Assembly (NCBI GenBank): GCA_965202585.1
Contig: OZ241826.1
Span: 36,456,001-36,520,000, forward strand
Source of the DNA: Thalia democratica
Taxonomy: Eukaryota
DNA length: 64,000 bases
Reading direction: 5' to 3'
The position numbers and the translations under genes were made by a program. This document shows positions 26,540-40,281 of this stretch, in pieces (the stretch's first letter is position 1; each line of letters starts with the position of its first letter). Under the pieces are notes generated by a model. It had not been told where the DNA came from and ran no database searches. It saw nothing but the letters and a program-made list of their open reading frames with translations.

Positions 26540-27260
26540 ACGGAACCGATTTTCAATGTTGGTGACCCTGCTTTTAGTCAAGTGGACACTGGGTCATAAT
26601 GAAGAATGGGCAAGATATTTAAAAAAATATTGGGCAATAAAAGCAATTCCGAACCTTACTTATTAAAGTCTCAGCTTCAAAAATACTTTTCAAAATACAG
26701 ATGAAAAGGGTGAGCCGTTGCACACAGATATTTGGAAATTGTTTTGAAAGTCTTAATAATTTTCACCTTGGCTTTCATAGTCATTTTAAAATTTAAACTT
26801 GGATTATTAATTCGGTGGCCAACTATAATTAAACTTTTTTTTAAAAAGATCTGTTTCATATTCTGACAAAAAAACTACAACCAAATTCATGAAATGAAAC
26901 AATGAAATTCACTTGCTTATTAATTTCAACTTTTCGTACTGGGTGCGTTTTAAGAGTTTTTTGTTCAAGTAATTTTATAAAGAATCAAGCCAATATTTAG
27001 TTGAAAAGGTTGTATGGTCAGCCAAAATGGCTTCACATACTGAAATTTGAGGACATGTTCGCGAAGATGTTTTGTCTCGGATGCCTGACACAATAAAATG
27101 CCCGCTTATCAGTATATTTTTGGAAAAGAGATCCGGTGCAGTCTTTGTGTAGGTCAGGACATTTTTCAACTTCAATCTTTTTTTTAATTACATCATAGAC
27201 TTTTCCAACAAAAAAGAAACACTCTCATTATTGGTGAATTATTTTTTTTTCTTCTCTATT
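26540..27260 (-). pseudogene. Decayed Mutator-superfamily (NOF-FB-like) DDE transposase core
   Basis: Ordered motifs across frameshifts: DLHKDCTGSLF (first D, ~27120-27150), EAILADHTT..IK.WL, KVEI(N/D) (second-D region, ~26930) and YLCATAH (CxxH-like, ~26710). This order corresponds to the D-x-TGS...DH(S/T)T...ExD...CxxH core I recall for NOF/MULE transposases. Further decayed coding-like sequence continues to lower coordinates. Confidence 0.62.
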
Positions 27261-30121
27261 AATTTTTTTGTTTCACCTCCGCTTCTTTAAATTTTCCCAA
27301 GCACCATTATTAAGACAATACTGAGTTCAATTTACCAAGTGTACCTTCTATACTACACTTTTCGAATCTTTCAATTTTTTTTATTGCTTACATAGTAATA
27401 TTTTCGAATTAATTAATAGCTATGAATAAATGCAAAAATTGTTTTTGTAATATTTTAACAAAACAACTCATAGACTATGAATTGTAGTAATTATATCTAA
27501 TAATTTATAAAATACTTATGGCTCTCTTGATTTTATATGTTGTTTTTATGTGAACCTTCAAGCGCTAAAAAGGAGTATCTGAAAAAATTTACAAAAAACT
27601 AACTTTTAAAATTATAAAAGTTTCTTCTCACCTTTCAGAAGGATTGTGAGTTTTTACTTTTCAAAATAAAATGCAAGAAAATTTCCATCCTGATTTGTCA
27701 TCCTAGCGAAAAATTTATGTTTTGGGCTAGTACTGCAATAAATTATCTCATCTACAAACCTAAAATTAGTTGCTTTTATTCTTTTGGGTCGAATTGTTAT
27801 GTTTGACAAAACTCTGTATTGATGGTCGAAAAAATACGTTTTTAAAAACATTTCGGTCTAGAACTGACTTAACAATTTAGTTTTTTGACTTTTTTAACCT
27901 CTTAATTTTTATTTTCTATTATTTGATTTAATACTTTTGGTCATTAGACTAATAAAGCGTTTGCATAACCTGATTTTAAGGCATGTTACAATTTATATAC
28001 ATATATAATTTATCTTGTTGTTGTCTTTTTTGTATGAGTAGAATGTATAGTTCAGTAGGTTGGATTTCATATCTAACTAGTTAATCTTCCATTAGGGGTT
28101 TTCTATAATTAGATTTGTGCATTTTTTTGTTAACTTTTTCTACATTGCTTAACTTCTTTTCTACAGCTATTAGTTAGTCCGTCGTCTCTATATAATCCTA
28201 TTATTAAGTTAGGTGAGATATTTTTAGTCCCTGTTAAATGTACAGCCCATTTAACTCACATATTTCTGCCCCGTGTTTTCCACCCTTTGTAATGTCAAAA
28301 AGTTGGTTTTCATCTTTGTTGTTTTTACCCATGCTTCTTCTTGGTTATATAAAACAGATTTTTCTTGTGTTGGAAAAATTTAGAGCATCTTTTAGTAATC
28401 TTTCTGTTATTGATGGATAAAAGTCATTATTTTAGAAAATGTGTCCTTGTTCGAATAATTGAAAAAACTTGAGTTTTAATTATAAATTCAAGGTGTTTCC
28501 TCGATTCTTCTTCGAAGTTTTTCTAAATCAGTATCTTTCATTCCTGGTTATTGAATTATGAAGTTCCTAAATTTAATAGATAGTTTAGTTTGTAAAGCAA
28601 TAGAAAGCTTCTTCAAATCTTTATTTTCTATATAACTACATAAAGTTTATTCGTAAACTATTTATTAAGCTATTTAAGACTTCAAAAACTTCATAGAAAG
28701 TTGTGGCATTATCACTACAAAATATTTCTTTATCATCAACGTTTTTTTTTGACTTTAAACTATTCAATAAACATCTAATAAAACATTGATTTAAGTAATT
28801 TGATTTGTAACTGTAAATATTAATAGTGTTTTCCCTAATTTTTTCCAAAATTAAGTATAGTAGAAACATAATCAAAGCCAGCAATTTTTTTATTTTTTGT
28901 TCAACAAATTTACTGCCGTATCTAAAATTAAGTTCTTTTAGATAAAACAAATTAGCTTACTAATTGGTTAATTTTTTAATGCTTTTGTTGTCGGATTAAA
29001 TTTGAGCCCTTATTAATCAAATTATTGTTTTTATTGATTTCGTTGTAAATTTTAACAGATTGCACCTGTTCTTATTACATTAAACATCAGATAAAAGAAA
29101 ACCATTTATATTTGTTTTATAAACTACAATTATAGTATGGTATACAAGAAACCTAAACAGAAACTTTTTCTTTGATATTATATGTCGATAAAAATATATT
29201 TAGCTTTTGTTGTGTTAGAGTTTAAATCAAAAACTTTAGTACATGGCTGTTTGAAGTATACAAATGTCAATATACAAAATATGAAATAATAAGTATAAAA
29301 ATGTTGTATGCATGTTCATGAAAACATTCAAAAATATTTTCATAGTATAATTTTTGTCATAAGCTTTCAAGAAACATTGATTTTCCAAAATACTTCATAT
29401 TTTTCAACAAAATAACAGCTTTTTCTGTTTTATTTACATTTACAGAATATTTAACAACAACCCTGAAATTAATTCTTAAACATCTGTAATTCGAAAACGT
29501 GCAATCAGCTTCATATACTTACTTTTTATTGTGCGGGATTAGTATTGTATCTCATTTACAGTCTTGATGTTAGTTTGCTAGTCGCTTTCTATTCTTGGTT
29601 CCATGTATTCGAATTGGTTCGTTTGAGAAACCTATTTTTGATGGTCAAAAAGATACAAATTTATAAATAGGTCTATAACAAACTTAATCATTTTCTTTCT
29701 GTATCCTCTTCACTTTTTCTTATTATTCATAGAAAGTATTGTTTTTCTCCATAATTTGATTAAAATTTTGTTGCCTAATCACTTATGTCTAATAAGCTTT
29801 TACGCCAGTTCGATCGGTCTAACTATAGTTGGTCGAATTGAGCAAAACATTCTAAAAAGATACGCTTCTTGGTGTTATTATTATTATTAAAATAACCTCC
29901 AGTAACAATTTAATGTTGTTCTACTGCACCAGAGTTCCAATTTTAACGAAGATAAATGCATAACAGCCAAAACAACTAAGCAGCTCTTTCAGTGCAAATA
30001 CCAAATAAAAAATCTTATAATTTTGCAGATTATGATATATTTGAAAATAAAAGTTATAAAATAGGTATCCGACTACTACTCTTTAGTTAACGTTTTCTGC
30101 TACAAAATGTACTGTGCAATA

Positions 30122-30297
30122 GGGTGCATCCAATGCCCCCACATTGGAATTAAGGTCAGTTTAATTTTATGAGCGTCCAGAATAGTTTAGCACAAAAAAT
30201 TAGCTGTTAGCCAACTAGAGCTGATGTCTTTGAAAATTATGCTTTTTATAAATTTAACAAGGGGAAGGGTCATTTTTTAGTAGCATTGGATGTACTC
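30122..30297. mobile_element. Tc1/mariner-type MITE, 176 bp
   Basis: TIR GGGTGCATCCAATG / GAGTACATCCAATG with TA on both sides (30120-30121, 30298-30299). The copy-B counterpart at ~59010-59173 has lost its left TIR. Confidence 0.7.
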
Positions 30298-32599
30298 TAC
30301 AGTACAGCTTAGCCTCAGACTATCTTGTAGTTTTAGCAACCCGTCAAATAATTAGACAAGCAGTATAAAATAAAACTTTACTTCCGGTTACTTTTGAAAC
30401 TATTTTAGTATGCCCCGATTCGTATACATCTTCTAATTTTAAAACAAACTTATCAAACTTTAGATAGCAATGTATCCAAGTACTGATTTGCAGACCGTTA
30501 TTGAGCTATAAATAAGAATAGAATGGGTTTTTTTAATTTGAATTGCTTTATAAATTTAGATTATAATATTTAATGTAAATATAACTTTAAATTTATTTTA
30601 CAAACCCTTTATCTCAAAATAGCAAAAGTTACAAGTTGATAAGTAGAATCTAATCATCACTAATCATGAGCATGTTTAATGTTTTGATTCTTAATCATTT
30701 AAGTAGTAATCTTGTGCTAAGTCATAAAGTCTTTTTAGCGTTTGACTTTTTGATTGTAAATAGAGATTAAAGTAGTTACGAACACCCAATATGTAACAAT
30801 TTGAACTTAACGGTTTGACATCTTTGTCACTAGAAACAATATACAAACAGCTATAAGTTTACTAAAGTTTGTGCAAAAATTTATGCAAAAAATGTATCAC
30901 TACATAGTGTAATAACATACATTTAATGTTGTAAGAAAAGCATTGAATATTTATATATTAATTACAATTGGTCTATTATTAGTTTATAATTAATAAACAC
31001 AGCTGTTTTCTACTATATTTGACGCTTTAACACAATTAGCAAATATATTATAGAATTAACTAAACACTTACTAAGATTATTATATACAATTAGATTAGAA
31101 ACAAACAAAAAAAATTAACTATGTCTTAAAATTATTTTGTATACATGCTTTATTTTTGAAAGCAGTAATAATAAAAAATATTAGTTGAAATTGGAAAATG
31201 AACGCAATTACTTAAAAAATAAAACTGAGAGTATGCAACTAAAGATGTACACATATTTGAAAAATTGAAAAAGTTCAAATAATAAAATTTTAAAACGGTT
31301 TAAAATTTTCCTAAATTGTTTCAATCTTTCTAATTTCAAGCAAGAAAAGTAAAACTAAACTAAGAGACAACAATACAACTTGTAACATAACAACATAATC
31401 ATTGCCTTCAGTTTTTATATATTAATCGTAACATGAGTACCAAAAACACTAAAAATAAATAAAATACTCTTGTGTCCTCTTACCAGTTTGATGATTAAAA
31501 CAAATTGTTTTAGCAAAAGGAAAAATCCAAACGAACACTTGGAAATAAATGAAATATTTAAGTAAAATTTTTAGAATCTTTGTTTGGTATAATAAACTGT
31601 AGCATGAAATTTAAATAAACTAATACCATTCAAACAATTTTACTTTCCGAAACTTAAGTAAAATAACAAGAGCAATGCTAACATATACTATGCACCATTA
31701 ATTGTCCTTATTAGTTTTTTAAAGCGTTTACTGATAACTTTTTCAGCACCTTGTCTTCATTCTTGAGCCATTGGTTCCTTTTTATAAAAATCTCCAATTT
31801 GAATCATTTTCAAGTGGCCAGCTACAACAGTAGTGCTAGGTAGCTCCTTATGTTGTTTGTTAAGTAAATTTTTAACGAAAAAGTACAATGTTTTTATTGT
31901 AAGATTACAGAGTTTAATAAAAAATCCCAACTGTGTCTTTTCGTCTTAATTAATTTTTAAAAATTTTCAAAAACAGAGAAGACGACTTAACGTTTTACAA
32001 AAATCAATGATATTAAAGTGGCTAATAAGAGATATAGTAAGAGATTTAAAACGAAGCTTGAGGCAGATCACTCTTTTGCATAACTAAACAACTTTGCACA
32101 TTGAGGTTTCAGCATTTTTTATATATGAATTTAAAAGAAACGTTGGTGATCTAATTTAAATGTTGCTATTAGTTTCAATATAAATAGTGTAAGTGATACT
32201 AAGTTTTAAAGTTAACCAACTAAAAATATTTCAAATTAAGATGAACAATGTTATAATTTTATATAAAAAATATGAAAGCATTTATATTTATAAAGAAGTA
32301 TCATTTTACATAGGTTTTATTTCAAAATAATTAAACTAAAAAAAACAAGTACTTTGGAACAATTGTTACTTATGAAAACATTTTCAGTTAATAACATAAA
32401 AAAAAAACTTTAGAACTGTGAGAGCTATGATGTTCGTTTTCAATCAAGATGTTCGTTTTTACTATAACTTCAAACTTCTTATCTTTTAATCTAATTAAGC
32501 AATATCTTATACATATAATTATATATAACACGTTGAGTCTTATAAAACTGTTGGGCTGATCTAATTTTATTTAAATTTTTGTTAAAGGTACAACAAATC

Positions 32600-34260
32600 A
32601 GAGAAAGTTCAACAAAAATTATTACTCCGAGCACCAATGGCTTTGCAGCTGCTCAGAAACAAAATCTTTATTTCGATTCTCATTTTTGCTCATTAGGAAG
32701 AAGGCACTTGGAATAAAATTAACTTCAAGAGCATTTCAACATATCTGTTGACGTTCAGAAAAACAGAAGAAAAAAGTCAAAAACTATATTGGGTATTCCT
32801 TATGCAGTTTGCAAGAGATTGCACTAAAAGGAATAATGAAAAAAACTCACCAAATCCATGTTGTTTCAGACCTTTGCTAAACTTTGCAGGTATTCTAGAT
32901 AAAAATATTGGAGACTACTTGGAAAACTGTAAATTGTTTACAAGAAATTTAGCTACAATACAAAATAAAATACTTGAATGTGTTTTTCAAATTTATATAA
33001 AACAAATTTGTTGCTCAAGTCAGGGAAGGACCTTTCATAGTTATAATTGCTGATGAAACCACAGAAGTTTCTTTCAAAAATCAATTATCATAAGTCATCA
33101 CATATATATACAACTGCAAAGTTGTATAAAGATTTTTTGGATTTTTCCAGCCAGACACAGAATCAATGTAGATGGAATAGCAAATGCTATTATAACAGAG
33201 CTAGAAAAAAAATTGAAATTAGATAAAAAGAAATTAGTTGCGAAGACTTATGATGGTGCTTTAGTCAATCGGGAAAGGATTGAAGGGTAGCATGTAAAAG
33301 TAAACCAAGTATATGAAAATGCTTACTATGTTCACTTTGCTACTCATCAGATTAATTTAGTTCTTTCAAAAGCTGCTAGCTGCAACAAATGTTTTTTGCA
33401 TAGCTAGATCAAATTCCTTCTTTTTTTCATATTCGCCAGAAAGAAGACGTGTTGTAAAAGTGAATATTTCTTCTGGGAGCAGAACTAGGTAGAACTACAC
33501 TTCAAAAATTGTTCTCAGAAATTCAATCAATAAATAGTAATTGTTTACTGGATTTAGTTTTATTATAGGTAACCCAGACCGTTTTCGTTTTTACAGAAAA
33601 GTGGCATCAGAAAACTGCATAAAGACTTCAAATGATTGTAATTTTGATTTTTGGCTGAATTATTTTCAGAAATTATGTCTGCAGCTGAAAACCTGTATAG
33701 TGTCATGCAATGCACAGACTTAACTGTTTAAAAATTTGAACAGCACTTGGAAACTTTTCAAGCTGTAGTCAACAGTGTAAGAAATTCAAGTAGTACAGAC
33801 AATGTTTGAAAAAGCTTTTCTTCTTCAACAATAAAAGTCTGTGAAAGTGTCAGTTTCAATAGTACTAAAAAATTTAAGTTTTTATAGCTTTAAAGAATTT
33901 CACATTTGTTTTTTAGCAAATATTTTACTGTTTATAAGTTTTGTTTACCTTTAAAACTTAAAAAACGGTGAAGAAGTGTTATTCTGTAGTTGAGTGTAAA
34001 TACTTAGAAAGAGAACTGAAAACATTTTATTCACGTATAGAAATGCATCAGGATGGTTTAGTGAAAATACTGTTATATCTTATGGAATTTAACATGACTA
34101 AATTATTTAACGAAAATGCAAAGCTTCAAAGCATTATTATATCAATACCGATGTGCAGTAGTGAAGCTGAAAGAACATTTCCAAATTTTAAAATAATAAA
34201 ACACTTTTAAGAAAAAACATAGGTCAGTCAAGGTTAAATTCTTTAAGTGTAATTTCCAAT
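32600..34260 (+). pseudogene. Degenerate hAT transposase (ZMYM1/DUF4371-type)
   Basis: Motifs in the correct order with stops and frameshifts: NPCCFRPLLNFA...LENCKLF...IQNKILEC (32748-33053), ADETTEVS (33050), KTYDGA (33245), YVHFATHQINLVLSKAA (33325, CxxH region), TR*NY (33485, TRWN) and IPMCSSEAERTF (34145). Confidence 0.88.
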
Positions 34261-37200
34261 GGTAGGGACTTAATTAAATGTATGGTATTTTCAGGCTAAC
34301 TTTTATACTTAAATGTTCAGTATTTAGTTTTTCTGAAAGTCTCAAGTTTCATTTTCATTATAATAACTTCTAAATACTAATTTTGTTGAAGACTTGTGAT
34401 ATTTAGTTTTTGTAAATTTAATTTCTGGCCTTCATATAGTCGTTTTTTCACTTGAATAAATGAACTGGACAAATATAAGTTTATTTTAAAGTAAAGTTCA
34501 GGCGGTTGTAGTTATTTTATAAATTAACTTTAACTATAAAGAACATATACTCGATTGTACAATTAACAACAGGTCTGCAAAATTTGAATTGTTTTTATAG
34601 AAAAATTGTTTGTGGTAGAGCTTTTTTTTTTGTTTAGTTTAACTGTGTCCAGTGAAATGCAGTTTAGGCTTACATTAACAGTTTAAGTTTATTATATTTT
34701 AATTATCTTTTTATGTAAAAGGAATTCTTAGAAAAACAAAAAACTAAAACAACAAATTAAAAAAGTACTCGATGTAGGTTAAAAGTAGACTCTTAATTAC
34801 AAACTTTTTTTTTCACATTGATAATTTTGTGGTTTAAGAATGTTTAGAAAACTATAAATCAATTTAAATATGATAAAACCGCACAAGTATATAAAAAATA
34901 CACACTTTTGACGATATTGTAGTGTTTAAACGCCTTCTTTGTTTAATATCGTTCCAATTTAAAATCGACTTTAATGTTTAAAAAAAGTTATTCCCAGTAT
35001 AAGTGCAGGAACAAAGCTAGTGGTTGGAATTGGTAACATTTTAAAACTTGGATCATCAAGCGTTTTGTAATTTAAAAAAAATCAAGCATTTAAGTATTAT
35101 TTTAGTATTAAAACCACATCCAACCAGCTTCATTTGTAATGGTCCTACCATATAGAAAAGTCAAAAGACACTAATTTAATTACAAAGAAACAAAATAAAA
35201 ATAAATTTTTAGCAGAAAACATTATCTTTAAAACCGTGAAGTTTAGAAATAATACAAACAATACCTTACAAATATAGAAACATAAATTAAAAAAAAAAAA
35301 TTTACATCAAGCTGTATAAAATTTATTTTTTTTACAAAACTCTAAAAGTTTATAATCTCTAAAAGTTTATAATCTCTAAGTTACTTGTGTAAAAAGCTTT
35401 AAGAAAACATTTTAGCACGAAATTTTAGTAGTTTAGTCGTAGAAATTTAGTTTTACCTTGCTTAAAGAAAAAGTAAATTTTTTGTCAGCAACTAAGTAGT
35501 ACTAATCGTAAGTTAATCATATCTGTGTCATTTTTAATATTAATTTATAATTTTTTTTTTGACAAATCATCGATTACTTATTTTAAACTGCTATTATTTT
35601 CTATTACTAAGACTCTTTCATTCTCAGATTAAATAAAAATTCTATTTTACAAAGGCACTAGCTTAACGTTAACTATTAAATTGTCAACTGTTAAGAAAAA
35701 AAAAGAAATATATTTTTACTCTAATCTACAAGGAATTGTAGGTATGGTTATAGTGTACATTAAAGCTACACTATAACACAGAACAAGTAAATAATACCAT
35801 TAACGTAAATGATACTTAGGGCTACTCTATGTAAAACAAGGCATGACAATGAATGTTAATATTGGATTAAAGAACCATGAAAACAACAAAAATAATTTAA
35901 AATTTTACTTTAGTATGTTTTAAATAAATGGAGTTAAAACCTTTAAACACGATTAAATGTAAAAGAAGATACTTTAAGAAATGTATAAAATAATATTATA
36001 TTTGTTTACTTGGAATTTATATCAAAAAAACTACTTGAATGAAATGCCGTTGTTTAAAAAATAATTTTACAATAAGCAACAAATAATACAAATGTATACA
36101 TGTTAGCAGCAGCAAGGTGAATGAATACCTGCTCCAAATGATGAGAGTTTATATATGGCTGTAAAACTAACATTTATTCAACGATTGTCACTTTATTTAG
36201 CTGAAACTGTTTCTCTTTAACGATTTTAGAGCTTTTTAAGTAACAATGTAACATGGCTGTAATATGGAATGCAAACTTGCATCAGTAAACTCGTGACTGC
36301 TCTATACTTTTTTCTTATCCAAACTTTATCAAACTTGCATCAGTATTTTCATCCGTTTCTTTCTGGGATTTGTTTCTGGGACAAAACGGTTTCAAATACA
36401 ACTTAAGGTACATTACATCACGATAGAAAAAAAACGAATTAATAGTTTATTGCAACAAAAAAAAATCAAAATAATTAAGTTATGATTAAAGCTGGCTGAA
36501 AACTGTAATTAGAAGTATTTTCAAATTATATGATAGTTTGTTACTAAAACTGCTCGGTAGCACTGAGTTAGTCTGAAACAGTTTTTTTTTAATTTAAAAA
36601 ACCAGCACACTATAAGCTAAAACGAAGTGTAATTAGAACTAAAAGAAAAATTGTAATTCAAAATTTAATATAGTTTATGTAAAATGTCACAGTTATAAAA
36701 AATACCGCTGGTAAATAATAACAATATTTTTATTATCTTAATACTTACATATCTTTGCATCAAAATGTATATATAAAGTATTTAATTTTAGTGAATTTTT
36801 TTTTTTATTCAACTAGAGTACTGTAATATATAATTTTCAGTCAGTAGTAGCACCTAATTAAGTATAATAGTTTAGTAAAGTATTTAAAAAGTTTTAGTTT
36901 CAAATAATAATTAATGATAAAGCATTTTTGGTAAAGTACTTTATTGCTTCCATGCCCATTAATAAACTTTTAGTTACTTTTTCTAAATTACTAAAACTAA
37001 GCTTTAATTTTTTCTTACCTTTTTTAATAATACTACAATACTTTGTTAAAAAGTGTTTAGTTAACTGATTTAAGATACTAAGCTAAGGTAAACTGATTAA
37101 AATAAGAGTACCGTTAACAAGTATAAAATTGTTTTTATTTATTTTGAGATCATAAAGTAAGGCATGAGTTTTCTATTTTATAATACTAAAGCTTACATAA

Positions 37201-38952
37201 TAACAAACACAATGGTTTTACATAAAGAAACAAGCAGAAAAGTAGAATATTTTTTACAAAAATTGTTTCATAGACTCTATTTCTACTTATTAAATATTTC
37301 TTGTGTTAATTTTACCTTTGCTATTGCAAAAAATTGATTACAAAATTGTTAAAACACTTTGTAATAAAGAGTTATTTTGTTTTATTTGAAATACACTAAA
37401 TATGTTTTGCTTCTTTTTAGAAACAAAGTATATTTTAAAAAGTACGGTTTAAGTTTAAATATTATTGAATTGATAAAAAAAAGTGTTTGATGTTTGTTTA
37501 AAAAGAATCCTTTTATTTTGACAATTTTAAACTCAATGTTTTACGTAAAACCTGTAATTCGATTTTTTATTTATTGTGATTTAGATACAAATTAAGAGTT
37601 AAGTTAATGCAAATCATATATTAATAAGAGATGCAACATTTTAAAAATATAATTCTAGTTAAAATAAATTAGTAAAATTATCAGAGCAAGCCTTGAAAAT
37701 AAATATTAATATTTAAGTTAATAAACAATGAGTATCAATAAAACATGTCTGCTTATTTTCCCCATGAAAGTCTCTGAAATTTAAAGTATATTATTAAATT
37801 AAGACATTTTGTTACAAGTAACAAAGTTGGCGCTCAATTTTTAAAAGTGAAATTTAAAAAGAAACTTTTATTAATACGTCATAATACAAAAGCGCTTTTT
37901 TGTTCACATATTTGCTCAGTAATTTTATTTGTTAACTGCAGCCATTGAAAGTACAGAAACTACTTCTCTTACTATAGTCAAGTTTGGCATTTATTATTAC
38001 AAATATCAAGATTTGTTTTTAAATTCAAAAGGCTCATTGTATCAAATAGCTCTACCAGTAATTTAGTGTCTAATTAATAAAAGTTTCCTCTGGCTGAAAA
38101 CTTTTATTCATCTTTTATGTTCATTTAAAACTTGAATGAATAATTTGAAAAGGTATTCGCTTTATTTCAGGTTTATAGTCTCTTACTGATTAATTATCAA
38201 ACTTTATGTATTAGGCTTACAGGCAAATTAATAAAAAATAACAAAAAGTGTACAAGCTTTTCAATTTAGCTCATTATTATTGCTTGTTGGCACAGTAAGT
38301 TTTGTGCAATTTTTTGTAGATTACTAACTCAAGATATTACAAAAACCTGCATTTCTTAACATTCCAACCTCAGCAACTTTTGATCTATGCACTTCTACTA
38401 CTGTTGCTTTAAATCCTAATATGTCAATAGTGTGGTTATTTTACCTTAATGATTAAGTTTACAGGCGTTTTTTATTGGCCAAACTAGTTTTGTCTGAAGA
38501 TGGTCAACTGTAAACTAATCAAAACTGATTTTTTTTTAGTATTTTCAAGAGACCATTGGGTCAGCAGTGTCAGTTAAATTTCTTGCAAGTTATTAAACAA
38601 CCTGTCAACTTATTGCTACTTTATTTAAACTTATAAAGTCAAAAAGTATACAAATCTTGCTTTCAATTTCTTCTTGTAACTTCAACTGATTGATTATCTA
38701 CTTATAAAAACGTCTAATCTAAATTATTTTCTAAACATCAAGTTTTATTACTGCAAAATTCTCCTGAATTATTTATTAAGTGCTTATAGATGTTAAGGTC
38801 CTATTTATGTAGTTTTTAGCTCTTAATTCATTGTGTATTTACACTTTGTATGTTTGTAAACTATCTTTTCAAATATTTCAGTGATATCATCATTGAAACA
38901 TTTTAAAGAATCACATGTTACTAATTTTTTTATCTTTTTACTTAAATCAGAG

Positions 38953-40139
38953 ACGTTTCTATAGTTAGCGTCATATTTGCATCCTTATATTCATATTTAT
39001 ATCCTAGGGCACTAAACCTTTAATTGAGGTTGTTTAGTTTTAATACTTTATATATGTGTTCTTCTAAGTCGTCTTAACCTTAACTTGAAATTAAAACAAA
39101 GACATTTCTGACGTCATAATCGACACTTAAAGACGAAAAACCCGTAAAAACCGTCTAGTTACGTATACCCTAGGGCACCAAACCTTAAATTGAGGTTGAA
39201 TAGTTTTAATACTTTATATATGTGTTCTTCTAAGTCGTCTTAACCTTAACTTGAAATTAAAAAAAAAAACATTTTTGACGTCATAATCGACACTTAAAGA
39301 CGAAAAACCCGTAAAAACCGTCTAGTTACGTATACCCTAGGGCACCAAACTTTGAATTGAGGTTGAATAGTTTTAATACTTTATATATGTGTTCTTGTAA
39401 GTCGTCTAAACCTTAACTTAAAATTAAAATTTAAAAAAAATATTTCTGACGCTATAATTGACACTTGAAGACGAAAAACCCGTAAAAACCGTCTAGTTAC
39501 GTATACCCTAGGGCACCAAACCTTAAATTGAGGTTGTATAGTTTTAATACTTTATATATGTGTTCTTGTAAGTCGTCTGAACCTTAACTTGAAATTAAAA
39601 TAAAAAAAAAAATATTTCTGACGCTATAATTGACACTTGAAGACGAAAAACCCGTAAAAACCGTCTAGTTACGTATACCCTAGGGCACCAAACCTTAAAT
39701 TGAGGTTGTATAGTTTTTATACTTCATATATGTGTTCTTGTAAGTCGTCTAAACCTTAGCTTGAAATTTAAAATTAAAAAAAAAAATTTCTGACGTCATA
39801 ATCGACACTTGAAGACGAAAAACCCGTATTAACCGTCTAGTTACGTATACCCTAGGGCACCAAACCTTAAATTGAGGTTGTATAGTTTTAATACTTCATA
39901 TATGTGTTCTTGTAAGTCGTCTGAACCTTAACTTGAAATTAAAAATAAAAACATTTCTGACGTCATAATCGACACTTGAAGACGAAAAACCCGTATTAAC
40001 CGTCTATTTACATATACCCTAGGGCACCAAACCTTAAATTGAGGTTGTATAGTTTTAATACTTCATATATGTGTTCTTGTAAGTCGTCTGAACCTTAGCT
40101 TGAAATTAAAATTTAAAAAAAAAACATTTTTGACGTCAT
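38953..40139 (+). repeat. Left inverted arm: ~50-bp terminal segment plus seven ~165-172-bp units (last one partial)
   Basis: CCTAGGGCAC recurs at about 39004, 39168, 39337, 39507, 39679, 39851 and 40018. Unit length varies mainly with a poly(A) tract. Confidence 0.95.
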
Positions 40140-40281
40140 TAAAATAGATTAAACTAATATTTTACTGTTCAAAAATAATAATACTAGTTTTTGTAGTAGA
40201 ATAACAAAAGATACTAATGATGTTATAATTTATTTAACAATATAATATTTAACAATTTTTACAATATTTAACAATTTAATT

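Larger units (their letters stand above)
14630..32440. repeat. Segmental duplication, copy A
   Basis: Colinear direct homology to ~33990-62845, e.g. 14880~34230, 16870~36345, 18800~38290, 19455~45090, 26385~52655, 28290~55820, 30110~59010, 31400~61820, 32415~62815. Confidence 0.92.

Noticed and set aside
28221-28234. TTTTTAGTCCCTGT resembles the core of the Hydra SL-B spliced leader as I recall it
   Set aside because: Only 14 nt, recalled from memory, and it diverges before the leader's 3' end. No downstream ORF or poly(A) indicates a retrocopy.
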